Virus record (IMG/VR): IMGVR_UViG_3300032233_003524
Location: 18,028-82,027 of that record
DNA: 64,000 nucleotides
Source: a virus
Taxonomy: Duplodnaviria > Caudoviricetes
Direction: 5' to 3' (one strand)
The position numbers were made by a program, and so were the translations under genes. Of the stretch, positions 1 through 10,722 are shown piece after piece. Position 1 is the stretch's first letter. Every line of letters starts with the position of its first letter. The notes under the pieces are model-generated. The model was not told the DNA's origin and did no database searches. It was given only the letters and a program-made list of their open reading frames with translations.

Positions 1-1802
1 GACAAGCCCAGTGTATCCATTTTTACTAGACCATTTTCTTCTGCTTTTTCTTTATCATATTCTAGTGCTAAAGCGCCATCTTTATCTTTTCTTAGTGGCA
101 CTAATCCTGTTAATGGTCTTGCTGAAATAATAATTCCACCTGCATGTGTAGACCAGGCTCTATATTTTCCACAAATATCCTTGTACTTTAGTAATTCTGG
201 ATATTGTTTGCAATATTCTGCAAACAAAGGTATCTTTTCAAAAGCATCATCAATAGAATGTATTTCTGAAGGTATACAATCAGCAACATCATTTCCTATT
301 TTAATTGCAGAATCTCTCGACCCTCCCAATTCACAGGCTCGTGCAATGTCTCTAACATACACTTTAGGAGTGATAGTGTTTACGTTAGATACGTGAGCAA
401 CATGATCTTCTCCATATTTGTTTCTAAGATAGTTTTGAACTTTTTCTCTTCCAGAAGGTGCGAAGTCACTATCAATATCGGGGAAACTGCTTTTTTCTTT
501 ATTATGGAATCGGGCAAAGATTAATCCATATTTAATAGGATCAGCTTGATGGATTCCTAATAAATAAGCAATAAGAGACCCGCCTACTGATCCACGACCT
601 TCGCCTACAGCGATATTATTTCTTTTAGCCCAAGCAATATAATCCGCTACAATTAACATATAGCTAGAAAAACCGTGATATTCTAAAACGTCTAGCTCTT
701 CATCAATTCTATCATTATAGATTTTTAATCTTTCTTCATTTAAATCTTTAATACGCAGTGGCAATTTTTGTTGACATAAATATCGTAAATATAATTTGTC
801 CTCATCTATTTGTTGAAGATCAGTAATTTGATTACTTTTCCAAGCTATGAACTTTTCATATTCTGGTTCATCTTTAACTGGAAAGATAGGTAGTTCTTTT
901 CCTGAAGGATTAGAGAATTTAGGATCAATCCATTCAGGTATTTCACACATGTCTGAAAAATAAATAGTATTTTTGCATATTTCTTCTGCAAATTCTTCGC
1001 CATAATTTCTACTAAAAAAAGATTTTATTTCATCTGCAGATTTTAAATAGAAATCTGAAACAGTATATTTTAATCTAAAATTAGAATATTTTGGCTGATG
1101 AGATCCAATACACAAAAATACATCATGAATATCATGATCTTCTTTTGTTAGATAATGAGTATTGCAAGCAGGAATAACTTTAATATTATGCTTTTTCCCT
1201 AAATCAATTAATCTTTTATTAATGAATTGTTGGTCAATTTCATCATTAAATACATTTGACCCTCTTTTCATATTATTAGGCTGAATTTCAATTCCCAGTC
1301 TATTATCAAATATATTTTTTAGACGAAGTAATGTTTGTTCTGCATCGTCAAATTTACCTTTCATTAATAATTGACTAATGATTCCATTACCACATGCAGT
1401 TAAACAAATGAGCCCCTCGGAATATTTTTCTAATAATTTCCAATCAATTATAGGATAAACTTTTTTGCCTAAAAATGCCCCTTGGTCAAAGCCTTTTTTA
1501 TTAATAGTTAATAGGTTTTTATATCCAACTGAGTTGGTAGCAATAAGTACAATATGTCTAAATTTATCATCACTATTAGATGCGTCATCTTGAAAGTAAC
1601 ATTCGCACCCAATAATTAATTTAATTCCAATTTCTTTGGATGCTTTCCATGCATCCCAAGTTCCAGCTAAAGAGCCATGGTCTGTGATTGCAATTGCATT
1701 TTGTCCAAGCTCTTTAGCTCGTAACAATAAATTTTTTGGAGAACAAATTGCATCTAAGATAGAAAAATAAGTTTGATTATGCAATGAAACAAAATCTGTC
1801 AT
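1..1802 (-). CDS. dnaE: DNA polymerase III alpha subunit, N-terminal part, runs off window start
   Basis: Not in ORF track; translated by hand from ATG 1802: MTDFVSLHNQTYFSILDA..AIAITDHG (PHP domain), GRGSVGGSLIAYLLGI, FPDIDSDF, and ENGLVKMDTLGL in the same frame at the window edge; SD AAGGA upstream. Confidence 0.95.
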   Translation of the reverse strand, partial: MTDFVSLHNQTYFSILDAICSPKNLLLRAKELGQNAIAITDHGSLAGTWDAWKASKEIGIKLIIGCECYFQDDASNSDDKFRHIVLIATNSVGYKNLLTINKKGFDQGAFLGKKVYPIIDWKLLEKYSEGLICLTACGNGIISQLLMKGKFDDAEQTLLRLKNIFDNRLGIEIQPNNMKRGSNVFNDEIDQQFINKRLIDLGKKHNIKVIPACNTHYLTKEDHDIHDVFLCIGSHQPKYSNFRLKYTVSDFYLKSADEIKSFFSRNYGEEFAEEICKNTIYFSDMCEIPEWIDPKFSNPSGKELPIFPVKDEPEYEKFIAWKSNQITDLQQIDEDKLYLRYLCQQKLPLRIKDLNEERLKIYNDRIDEELDVLEYHGFSSYMLIVADYIAWAKRNNIAVGEGRGSVGGSLIAYLLGIHQADPIKYGLIFARFHNKEKSSFPDIDSDFAPSGREKVQNYLRNKYGEDHVAHVSNVNTITPKVYVRDIARACELGGSRDSAIKIGNDVADCIPSEIHSIDDAFEKIPLFAEYCKQYPELLKYKDICGKYRAWSTHAGGIIISARPLTGLVPLRKDKDGALALEYDKEKAEENGLVKMDTLGL

Positions 1803-1918
1803 ACTAATCCTTAATTAATTTTATATTATAATATCTTACAACGTCTTATAAAAAGATCTATAAAATTTAATATTTTATGTGTAGATACCAGTGAATATGG
1901 TTTAAATAATTTATAACA

Positions 1919-2584
1919 CTACATGACTAATGTATTTTTTAAATATTTTTCGTCAAGGTGCATATTTTTTTCAAAAATATCATCAATTATTTTAAATTGT
2001 TCTTTCCAGAATATTTTATTAGGGCTTTTCTTAAGTAAAACTTTTTTTATGTCAAAAAATGATAATCTCTTTTTTGAAAATAATAAATGAGAAATTAAAG
2101 TAACGTCATCCCAATATTCTTTTAATTTATGTAAAATTTGATTTATTTTTTTCTTTTTATATAAATATCTTTTTTTACCAGGAGCTACAATATTATATTG
2201 TCTAATCAATGCTGCTGCTGATAATGTATCATCAGAAGAACCATCTCTTAAAAAGATTGGAAACTTATCTGATCCAGATATTACTTTAAAATGATATTTC
2301 TCTGCAGTTAATCCAGCATACTTTATTCCTATTTCTGAATCAACTAAAGAAAACACCAGATTAGCATCTTTAATTAATGCTAAATCTGGCGTTTCATAGC
2401 AACAAAAGCCTTGTATTCTTTTATTTTTTTTATTTTTAAATATAAAAACATATGGCACTCTCATGCCACATAACAAACTATATATGGCATGACCAGCTTC
2501 ATGATATGAAGTTGATATCATTTCATGGATATTAGTAATCTTTTTTCTTATATCAGATATAGATCTAACTCCATTATTAGCCAT
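1919..2584 (-). CDS. Putative zinc metallopeptidase (HExxH, M41/M50-like)
   Basis: SYHEAGHAI motif and downstream YAGLTAE. Confidence 0.55.
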   Translation of the reverse strand: MANNGVRSISDIRKKITNIHEMISTSYHEAGHAIYSLLCGMRVPYVFIFKNKKNKRIQGFCCYETPDLALIKDANLVFSLVDSEIGIKYAGLTAEKYHFKVISGSDKFPIFLRDGSSDDTLSAAALIRQYNIVAPGKKRYLYKKKKINQILHKLKEYWDDVTLISHLLFSKKRLSFFDIKKVLLKKSPNKIFWKEQFKIIDDIFEKNMHLDEKYLKNTLVM

Positions 2585-2587
2585 AAT

Positions 2588-2866
2588 TTAACCTATTTGA
2601 TGTAGTAAGTTCTCGAAATCATTAAGCTTTTTTTCGCAATCTTGCTTTTTACACTTAATTTGAAGTTTATCAGAGCCGAAAGGTCCTGTTATTATAAAGT
2701 CCAAATTATCGACATATAATATGCCTGCTTTTGTAAAATGTTCAGATTCTTTAAAACCTAACTTGTTTAAAGACTCACAAAATAATTTATCTATAGGCTT
2801 ATCTATTTTAAAAATAATTGTTTTTCTACCACAACAAGCTTGAATAGAGTGTCTTTCTATTTTCAT
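2588..2866 (-). CDS. Hypothetical protein
   Basis: 92 aa ORF tightly packed in minus-strand run. Confidence 0.7.
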   Translation of the reverse strand: MKIERHSIQACCGRKTIIFKIDKPIDKLFCESLNKLGFKESEHFTKAGILYVDNLDFIITGPFGSDKLQIKCKKQDCEKKLNDFENLLHQIG

Positions 2867-2868
2867 AT

Positions 2869-3186
2869 TTATTCTTTATCATCTAAATCTACGCCCTTTC
2901 CTTCTAATAAATAAAGAGCATATTTAATTTTGGCAGTTTGTACTTTTAAAGCGTCACGATATGGTGCAGCATATTCTTTAACTAATTCTTTTGCACTATT
3001 TAGTTTGGAGTCTAGATCTTTTTCCTTATCTATAGTGTAGATATTTCCTTCACAAGTTATAATGATTTTTTTTAAATCATCAGTACTTGCAGCCTCGGCA
3101 GTATCTTTAAATTCTGGCAAATCTTTTAAAATTTTTGCCCACTTTTCTGGGAAACTATTTGGTGAATCGGTGTTTTTCTTACTCAT
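2869..3186 (-). CDS. Hypothetical helical protein
   Basis: 105 aa ORF, SD GGAG upstream. Confidence 0.75.
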   Translation of the reverse strand: MSKKNTDSPNSFPEKWAKILKDLPEFKDTAEAASTDDLKKIIITCEGNIYTIDKEKDLDSKLNSAKELVKEYAAPYRDALKVQTAKIKYALYLLEGKGVDLDDKE

Positions 3187-3197
3187 TTAAATTCTCC

Positions 3198-4445
3198 TCA
3201 TTCAACTACTTTAGCATTTTTTACAATAAAATCAACTGTGTGCTCATCTCTAATTCGAGAGAAAAGTATTTGTAAATATCCTGTTCTACTCATTTCTTGC
3301 AAAACTTCATCTATTGAAGTTGGCAACTTATTATTTAATAATGTCCTCTTAACTATTTCAAAAGTCTCTTGATCAGTTAATTGGGCTTCTGGTTCAAGTT
3401 CACGTATTTTATCTAGAATAAGTGAAAGTTTTACATTTTTTTCAGACATTTCAATATATTTTTCTTTATCTACATCTGGCAAAGTTGCCCAATCTACTTT
3501 TGATGCATGTGCTAAATATTGGGCTTCTGACAAAGACATCCAATTAGGGACATCTATTTTATTATCTTCAACTAGTTTTCTAGAAACTGCAACACTTAGA
3601 TCTGATCTAAATTTATTATTAATTGTAGCTTGAGCAGAGCCCAAAACAAATTCTTTAAGTTCTGAAAAAGTATTTTTGCCTAATTTTGAAGCCATAGCGT
3701 CATCTAATGCGCAGGGAACTGTTTTTGAACCCATATGCAAAGTAACTTTAAATTGCACTGTTTTTCCTGCTAGAGATGGTAAGCCAGTTTCTGGAGCTAA
3801 TAAATTAAACTCTCTTGTTTCTCCAACCTTCATGCCTAATAAATTTTCATCAAAAGTAGGAAGCTGGCTTTTACCAACAGTAAGCATTTCATTTTCTGCT
3901 GTCAAGCTGTCTACGGCTTGACCATCTACAGAACCAGAATATGAAATCATTATACTGTCACCTGATTGAACAAAATCAGAATCAGTGTATCCAACAACTT
4001 CACCATATTTAATTCTAAGATCTTGAATTATCTTTTCTGACAATACTGATGCGTCTTCATCTTCATGAGGCTTTGGCACTTCTAAATGAAGATATGGCTC
4101 AAGTTGAAAATTTGGTTTAGTATAAACCTCAAATTCGCAGCTAAACTTTCCGTCACCAAGCAAAATCATTCCAAATTTTGGAGCACCATGAGGTTTAATT
4201 TCTTTTTCAAATAATGTATTGTGAAAAGCCTCTTCAGCCAATGCTCTTTTTAGAGAAGAGTCAATTTGTTCTCTATAATACATTTTAATAGAATCAGTTG
4301 AAGCTTTTCCTGGTCTAAATCCTGGAACTGGAGCTTTTTTAAAAATTGAAACTACTTCATTTCTTTTATTTGATATTTGTTCAGGGCTGGCTTGATAAGA
4401 AACTCTTAGTTTACATGGTTCAATTTCTGTTACATTAATTTGCAT
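3198..4445 (-). CDS. tig: Trigger factor (ribosome-associated chaperone/PPIase)
   Basis: N-terminal ribosome-binding signature VPGFRPGKA, FKBP-like middle domain, 415 aa, SD GAGGA. Confidence 0.93.
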   Translation of the reverse strand: MQINVTEIEPCKLRVSYQASPEQISNKRNEVVSIFKKAPVPGFRPGKASTDSIKMYYREQIDSSLKRALAEEAFHNTLFEKEIKPHGAPKFGMILLGDGKFSCEFEVYTKPNFQLEPYLHLEVPKPHEDEDASVLSEKIIQDLRIKYGEVVGYTDSDFVQSGDSIMISYSGSVDGQAVDSLTAENEMLTVGKSQLPTFDENLLGMKVGETREFNLLAPETGLPSLAGKTVQFKVTLHMGSKTVPCALDDAMASKLGKNTFSELKEFVLGSAQATINNKFRSDLSVAVSRKLVEDNKIDVPNWMSLSEAQYLAHASKVDWATLPDVDKEKYIEMSEKNVKLSLILDKIRELEPEAQLTDQETFEIVKRTLLNNKLPTSIDEVLQEMSRTGYLQILFSRIRDEHTVDFIVKNAKVVE

Positions 4446-4471
4446 TTTTCCTCTTTATTTTATTTAAATAA

Positions 4472-5260
4472 TTACCAATTGACTTGACCATATATCTTAG
4501 ATGGATCAAGTTTTTTTCTACCTTCTTCACATACTTCAACAAAGTCACAATATCCACAAAGTGGTGATGGATTTGCGGCAAATTCTTTTTCTGATAAAAT
4601 TTGCCTTGCATATTCTATATATTTATCTTTAATTTCTAATATTTGTGGAACAGAAAATTCTGTAGTAATATACTCAAAGTCATGTCTCAATAATATATAT
4701 GAGGCTCTTACTTTAGTAATTGTTGGGTCTTCAGTCAGCATAACATAAGCATAAGTTAATAACTGAAAAAAATCATTTTTTAAATATTTTTTATTTTTTA
4801 CTGTTTTGTAGTCGCATACGTGTGGAACATTATCAGCATCAATTTGAACTCTGTCAATCATTCCATTTAATATTATATTTTTATCGACTTCAAAGAAAAA
4901 ACTTTTTTCACACGCAGTTACATTTGCAGGTAAATTATTTTTTTTATCTTGACTTACTATTTGTAAATATCTGTTAATAATATCCCAGCATTCTTTTTTC
5001 ATTTCAGAAGTCATTTTATTTCCATATTCAGATAGTGCTGTTTTATAAGCAATACCCATTTCAATATTAAATGGTTTTTCTGAATGATCATTAATATAAG
5101 CATTATGAAAATCTTCTAAAACTTTATGACAAAATTTTCCAAATATATGATAATCTCTTTCTTTTTTAGGAAATTTTAAAATATATGAAAAATGAAATTG
5201 CTTTTTACATTGTAAAAAACATTTTGTCTTGCTTACAGACAATCTTAAATCTTCTGACAT
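4472..5260 (-). CDS. PD-(D/E)XK nuclease, RecB/AddB/Cas4-like with Fe-S type cysteines
   Basis: GKFCHKVLE, GMIDRV, DYKT, FQL..Y, C-terminal CGYCDFVEVC plus N-terminal Cys. Confidence 0.85.
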   Translation of the reverse strand: MSEDLRLSVSKTKCFLQCKKQFHFSYILKFPKKERDYHIFGKFCHKVLEDFHNAYINDHSEKPFNIEMGIAYKTALSEYGNKMTSEMKKECWDIINRYLQIVSQDKKNNLPANVTACEKSFFFEVDKNIILNGMIDRVQIDADNVPHVCDYKTVKNKKYLKNDFFQLLTYAYVMLTEDPTITKVRASYILLRHDFEYITTEFSVPQILEIKDKYIEYARQILSEKEFAANPSPLCGYCDFVEVCEEGRKKLDPSKIYGQVNW

Positions 5261-5289
5261 TATGTTATACTTTCTATTTTTAAAATGTG

Positions 5290-5314
5290 TTACATACTAT
5301 ATATCAGTATGTAA
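5290..5314 (-). promoter_or_regulatory. Extended -10 promoter (TGATATATA) within a 9-bp inverted repeat
   Basis: ttacatact-atatatc-agtatgtaa, about 30-50 nt upstream of ATG 5260. Confidence 0.5.
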
Positions 5315-5373
5315 TAATTAAAATATAAATGGCAAATTAAGTTTTATTAACTTCAAATTAATTATATAATATA

Positions 5374-6363
5374 TTAAAAAAGTACTCTTCTTGGAAAATT
5401 AACCCATTGAAATACAAATCCTGCACCTTTTTCTTTTGATACTGCAACTCCTGATAAATTACCATCAAATGGTCCAGTAGGTTGATATGGTGTTTTAGAA
5501 ATAATCCATTTATTAGTCCATGTATCTAAATAATAATAAGTCATGGAATTATCTCTTGGATTATAATGAGATCTTAAAAAAGTTCCATTAACAGGCGGAG
5601 CATCTATACCCGCTGTATAATAATTGTTTCCATCTCTTGCTTTATTAGGGTCTTCTAAAGAGAAGAATTGTCTATTTATATTTGGAGGATCTTCTGGATT
5701 TTCTTTTTCAAAATCTTGGAAAATTACAAATGCACGAGGATCAAATGTAGATGTAAATTGAGAAGTATATTCTGGAATAGCAGGTTCTTGCTCAATTTTT
5801 ACAGTGCCAGGTAATGTGCCTACGCCTATTTTAGATTCGCCTTCAGCGTTTCTAGTAGAATAAACTATACTATAATTTTCAATATTATATGGATTATTTG
5901 TATATCCTGTTTCATATCCGTCTCCATCAAACCCTGTTGCAGTAGAAGGTATTTCAGGATTATTTACAGTTATTCCGGCATCTCCAGGATTTAAATAGGC
6001 AGTATCTGGCTGAATTGGGTTAGTACCAAATGGATATAATCCAGGGATTGCACTTTCAGCCTCAGCATCTGTTGAAGAATGTGGAAGCCTAGCATTATTT
6101 AATATATTAGTAATATATGTTTCAGTAACAATTAAAGAGTAATCTATGCCATTAGTTGCAAGAACTTTTAAAGTAATAGATAAATTACTATTATATTGTA
6201 TATTTATTGGAGAGGTATAAATGTTACTAAATAAATCAGGCTCTGATCCATCTAATGTATAAAATATAGTAGATGGAATATTTGTAGATATAGATACTGT
6301 TTTAGGAATACCAAATACTACTTGTTCTTCAGATTCTGTAATTGAAACACTTATGACTGACAT
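5374..6363 (-). CDS. Protein with chitobiase/Fn3-associated beta-sandwich domain
   Basis: TIFYTLDGSEPDLFSNIYTSPI motif; rest unknown. Confidence 0.65.
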   Translation of the reverse strand: MSVISVSITESEEQVVFGIPKTVSISTNIPSTIFYTLDGSEPDLFSNIYTSPINIQYNSNLSITLKVLATNGIDYSLIVTETYITNILNNARLPHSSTDAEAESAIPGLYPFGTNPIQPDTAYLNPGDAGITVNNPEIPSTATGFDGDGYETGYTNNPYNIENYSIVYSTRNAEGESKIGVGTLPGTVKIEQEPAIPEYTSQFTSTFDPRAFVIFQDFEKENPEDPPNINRQFFSLEDPNKARDGNNYYTAGIDAPPVNGTFLRSHYNPRDNSMTYYYLDTWTNKWIISKTPYQPTGPFDGNLSGVAVSKEKGAGFVFQWVNFPRRVLF

Positions 6364-6364
6364 T

Positions 6365-6679
6365 TTATACCAAGTTAAGGAATTTAATATTTTTAGGTGT
6401 TAAGTTTCTTTTTAACATTAATCTATATATTTTATGAGCAGCTTTTCTAAATACTTTTGCCATTTGCAAATATAGATCATTACCTTCTCTTCTATACAGA
6501 ATTATGAACTGATTATAATATTCCAAAAGCTCTAAATTTGGAGATATTCCTGAATACTCTTTTTTTTGCATTTTCATTAATTTATTAACAGAATAAAACA
6601 ATAAAAAGTTATAGAACTTTTCTTCTCCTCCTGATAAGTACTTTGGTACGAATTCTTTTTTAAGTGTGTCCACAACCAT
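6365..6679 (-). CDS. Hypothetical protein
   Basis: 104 aa ORF abutting neighbours. Confidence 0.7.
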   Translation of the reverse strand: MVVDTLKKEFVPKYLSGGEEKFYNFLLFYSVNKLMKMQKKEYSGISPNLELLEYYNQFIILYRREGNDLYLQMAKVFRKAAHKIYRLMLKRNLTPKNIKFLNLV

Positions 6680-6703
6680 AATAGTTATGCAAAAATATAC
6701 TTA

Positions 6704-7294
6704 TTATTTTGCAATAATTAGATTATTTATAAATTTTCTTACTTGGTCATTAAGATCATCTAAAGTTCCATTATTGTTGACTATAAAATCAAATTCGGAA
6801 TTAGGGATATTATCCTGTTCGGTTTCACTGCTATGATTAATTATAGCACAATCATCTCTTGTTATTTTAAGAGTTTTGAATCCTTTATTTTTAATATGCC
6901 TAAATTCATTTAAAAATCTGCAGTCAGTTAAAATTACAGCGTTATGTGTTTTATTTTCATTTAAATTAAAATCAAATACATCTAACCATATATCTGGTTT
7001 ATAATTACGACCAAGACCGGTTCCAATATCAATCAATAATTGCCTAACAGTTAGCTGCTTTTGATCTTTAAAAGCATTTGGTATTACAGATGACCTATAT
7101 TCTGAAGGTCCTGTTAAATACTCTTCTGGCATGGTTGGAAACATTATTCTAGCTATAGCTTTTACAGGATCCGCAAATGCAACATAATTGCAAGAAATAA
7201 TATCATGCTTTGACAGCTCTTTTCCAATTATTTTGGCAACTGTATCTTTTCCTGATTTAGCTTTTCCGCAAATAGCTATTTTGTATTTGTACAT
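6704..7294 (-). CDS. Deoxynucleoside monophosphate kinase (phage type)
   Basis: IAICGKAKSGKDT P-loop, AFADPVK, RQLLIDIGT, TDCRFLNE, HSSE. Confidence 0.88.
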   Translation of the reverse strand: MYKYKIAICGKAKSGKDTVAKIIGKELSKHDIISCNYVAFADPVKAIARIMFPTMPEEYLTGPSEYRSSVIPNAFKDQKQLTVRQLLIDIGTGLGRNYKPDIWLDVFDFNLNENKTHNAVILTDCRFLNEFRHIKNKGFKTLKITRDDCAIINHSSETEQDNIPNSEFDFIVNNNGTLDDLNDQVRKFINNLIIAK

Positions 7295-7300
7295 ATAATC

Positions 7301-9526
7301 TCAATATGAATTAAAAACTCTTGCTCGACTTATCATATTTATATCTTGCTCAACCAATACTGAATGTTTAAATTTATCTTTTAAACGATCATTGTGAGTG
7401 ATAACTAAAATAGTAAAATCTTTTTGAAAATGTTTTACAATATTTGCAAAAGCATCTACACTAGCTTTATCTAAAGCCTGATCAATTTCATCTAATAATA
7501 AAAATTTAATATTAGTACCTATCATTTTTTGTAATAAAAATGATAGTCCCAACTTAAGGCTAAAAGTTACAGATAACTTTTGTGCGCCTGATAATTGATC
7601 ATATTGCCTTTCTTTGCCATTAAGAAAGTAGTTTATATCTAATGTTTCAGCTTCTGAGCCATCTGTTTTTGTTTTTTCAGTAGCAAAATTTAATTGTAAA
7701 GCAGGATTTAGTTGTATTAATAAATTATTAGCTTCTACTTGCAAATCATCTAATACATTTTGTATAATTAAATTAGGTATCCCTGTAGAGGAAAATGCCT
7801 GTAATACATTTGGATATACAGTATATTTATTGTTTAATTCTTCTAAAGATTTTTTCAACTCTTCTTTTTTTATTTTTTCTTTTTCTTTTTGCTCAATGTT
7901 ATGAGCAAGTACTGCTTTTAATGAATTATTATGAGATAGCTCTTTATTTATTAGGGCTATTTCTTTATTCAAATTATCAATATCTACTGATTGTTTTTCT
8001 ATAAGTTGCTTTATCTTATTAGATTCTTCTTGAGAAGAAGATTGAAGGTCTATTAAGTTTAATTTAATTTTTTCTTCAACTTCTTTCAAATCATTTTCAA
8101 ATTTAGATAATAAATCTAAATATTCTTTATGTAGAGCTTTTTTATCTTTTAACTCTTGTTCCTTAAAAGATATACTGTCTATAATTTTATCTAATTCTTT
8201 TTTTGAATTATTAAGATAGTTAATATCTTTTTGTGCTTCTAACAATTCAGAATTTAATAGCACATTTTCTTTTTTTAAGAGACCAATATGTAATTGGCAA
8301 TCTTTTAACTCTTTATCAATTTGTAATTGACAATTAATTTTATGCTCATCAGACAATACTTGCCGACAATGACGGCATTCGGCATCTAAAGGCAATGGTA
8401 TTTTTAACTCTTCAATTTTTGAAATATTATTTTGAATAATTACATTATTTTTAGTTAAAGATTCTTTTTTTCCATTAACAATTTCATTTAATGAATTTAT
8501 TTGATCATAGTTAATTTCAGATAATTTTTCTTTAGATTCTTTTAATTTTTTTAAATCTGCAATGACTTCATTAGCGAATTTAATAATATTACTTTTTTTA
8601 TCTGTATATTCTTTAATAGACTTTTCTATATTCTTCTTTTCTGTATTTAGATTATTATTAGTAATAATAAGACCAGAAAACTTATTTTCTAATAATGAGT
8701 TTTCCTCTTTTAGCTTATTTAAATTATTGTTGTAAGAGTTTAATTCAGATAATTTATCTTTTAATATTTCAGATTTATTAATAATTTGCAAATCAATATC
8801 TGATAATTGACCGGATAAAGATTCTAAATCTTTTGCTGGATCTTTTAAATTTTCAATTAATGTTTGATGTTTTTCAATATCTTTATACAAAAGATTTGAT
8901 TTGTCTTTTGCTATTTTTTCTAGTTTAGAATAAATAGCTAAATTTAAAGCCTCTTTTAGAATTCCTTTTCTTTTTTCAGGAGTGGCTGTTGTTAATCCAG
9001 AAAAATCATTTTGTACGAAATGCACAGTTCCTCTAAAAGATTTAAAATTTATTTTTAAAAGTTTATTTAAATCTTTTTCTGTATCAATTGCTCTTCTTCC
9101 AGAAATGTCCTTCCAATATTTTTCTTCTATAATTGGAATATAAATTCCATCATAATCTTTATTTTTTTTATGTATCAGGTCATTAGATTCTAAATCTATA
9201 GAAGTTCTTTCAAATAAAGAAATATCTGTTGTTCCTTTTTTTGTTCTAGTCCTAACTAATCTATATTCTTTTTCTTCAGAGGTAAAATCTATTGTAATTT
9301 TACAAGAAGCCGCATCATCTCTGATAATTTTTTCTAAATTAACATCTGCTTGATTAAAAAAACCATATTCAATAGCTTTAAATATAGTAGTTTTACCTAC
9401 TCCATTAGAATATAAATCATTATTATCTACTTTTCCTAAAATTAATGCTGAATTAAATTGTGAAAAATCTATATAGCTAGATTCATGGCACATGAAATTT
9501 TCAATATAAAGTCTTAATATTTTCAT
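7301..9526 (-). CDS. sbcC: SbcC/Rad50-like SMC ATPase
   Basis: Walker A NGVGKTT, coiled coil with CRHC hook, LSGAQK signature, Walker B LLLDEID, ITH. Confidence 0.92.
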   Translation of the reverse strand: MKILRLYIENFMCHESSYIDFSQFNSALILGKVDNNDLYSNGVGKTTIFKAIEYGFFNQADVNLEKIIRDDAASCKITIDFTSEEKEYRLVRTRTKKGTTDISLFERTSIDLESNDLIHKKNKDYDGIYIPIIEEKYWKDISGRRAIDTEKDLNKLLKINFKSFRGTVHFVQNDFSGLTTATPEKRKGILKEALNLAIYSKLEKIAKDKSNLLYKDIEKHQTLIENLKDPAKDLESLSGQLSDIDLQIINKSEILKDKLSELNSYNNNLNKLKEENSLLENKFSGLIITNNNLNTEKKNIEKSIKEYTDKKSNIIKFANEVIADLKKLKESKEKLSEINYDQINSLNEIVNGKKESLTKNNVIIQNNISKIEELKIPLPLDAECRHCRQVLSDEHKINCQLQIDKELKDCQLHIGLLKKENVLLNSELLEAQKDINYLNNSKKELDKIIDSISFKEQELKDKKALHKEYLDLLSKFENDLKEVEEKIKLNLIDLQSSSQEESNKIKQLIEKQSVDIDNLNKEIALINKELSHNNSLKAVLAHNIEQKEKEKIKKEELKKSLEELNNKYTVYPNVLQAFSSTGIPNLIIQNVLDDLQVEANNLLIQLNPALQLNFATEKTKTDGSEAETLDINYFLNGKERQYDQLSGAQKLSVTFSLKLGLSFLLQKMIGTNIKFLLLDEIDQALDKASVDAFANIVKHFQKDFTILVITHNDRLKDKFKHSVLVEQDINMISRARVFNSY

Positions 9527-10719
9527 TCTTTTACCTCAGCCTTATACATATTGTATATGTCCATAGCTAGCTCTATAAATTTCTCTCTATCTTTATCTTC
9601 TACATAAGATAATGAATATCTTTTTATTGCGGAGTTAATATCCATTTTATTATCAATAGTATTGTTACTATCTTTTTTTATTATATTTGTTTTCTTTGAT
9701 TCAGATATTCCAGCAATATTAAATGCGCCTTTTTTATTAAGAAATTTTTCTATATCCGATTTGTTAACAGAATTTAATTGTGAGTCAGATAAAGATATTT
9801 CAACTTTAACTATTGCTTTATTGATTTCATCTAATTTTTCAATCTCTTCTAAAACATATTTTGTTGTATCTACTGTATCTTTAGGCACAGTAATACTTAA
9901 TTTTTTTAAAGATCTAGTTGGCAAATATTTTATTTCAAAATCTTTATTAGAAGATAAACAATTATATACTACTATATATTTTTTGTGATCAGTCTCTCCA
10001 AAATTAGAAAGATCCATACTTCCAATGTGAGAAACATACGGGTTATTCTTTTTTAATACTTGAGGTTTATGTACATGACCCATCCATACATAATCATAGC
10101 CTGTAAACATAGATATTGGACAAAATAGTTCATTTGAAATATCATCTATTTCGTCGCCAATAGGTATAGAGCCTTCTAAAGCTAAATGTCCTACTACAAC
10201 TTTTTTATAAGTTTTAGGTATACCTGCCAATTCATATATTAACATATCGTTTAGCAATGATACAGCATCTGAATTAGATTTAGATCCTAAAGATTTTCTA
10301 TCTCTAAAGGGCATAAAAGTAAAGGCTGAAGACCCAAGAATAATAGTGTTAATTTCTTTATAAATAGAAACATTGCTTAAGTCAGCCTCATAGATAATAT
10401 CTAATGGAGAAGAGTAAATAAAACCAGTTCTAAATACATCATGATTGCCAGCAATCAAATGTACATCTACATTATAACTTTGACACTTTTTTAGCCATGA
10501 AATAAAATAAGCAATAATTGATGGATGAGGTTTTGGCTCCTCAAAAATATCGCCAGTAATAATAATATGACCTGCAGCCTCTTCAACTGCCTGCTCTAAG
10601 GTCCAATCTAAAAGATTAAGCTGGTCAGCTAATCTACTGTTTAAATTGGAGCCCAAAGAAGTTTTTCCTAATGTTTGAGATTTTCCGAGATGTACATCTC
10701 CAAGAATTATTGCTAGCAT
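9523..10719 (-). CDS. sbcD: SbcD/Mre11-like metallophosphoesterase nuclease
   Basis: GDVHLG, GDIFE, GNHD, GHL, GHVH motifs; 4-nt overlap with sbcC. Confidence 0.92.
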   Translation of the reverse strand: MLAIILGDVHLGKSQTLGKTSLGSNLNSRLADQLNLLDWTLEQAVEEAAGHIIITGDIFEEPKPHPSIIAYFISWLKKCQSYNVDVHLIAGNHDVFRTGFIYSSPLDIIYEADLSNVSIYKEINTIILGSSAFTFMPFRDRKSLGSKSNSDAVSLLNDMLIYELAGIPKTYKKVVVGHLALEGSIPIGDEIDDISNELFCPISMFTGYDYVWMGHVHKPQVLKKNNPYVSHIGSMDLSNFGETDHKKYIVVYNCLSSNKDFEIKYLPTRSLKKLSITVPKDTVDTTKYVLEEIEKLDEINKAIVKVEISLSDSQLNSVNKSDIEKFLNKKGAFNIAGISESKKTNIIKKDSNNTIDNKMDINSAIKRYSLSYVEDKDREKFIELAMDIYNMYKAEVKE

Positions 10720-10722
10720 ATT

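Noticed and set aside
181-396. Plus-strand 71-aa ORF
   Set aside because: Lies antisense within dnaE.
4472-5260. Cas4 as part of a CRISPR-Cas locus
   Set aside because: No cas1/cas2 or array nearby.
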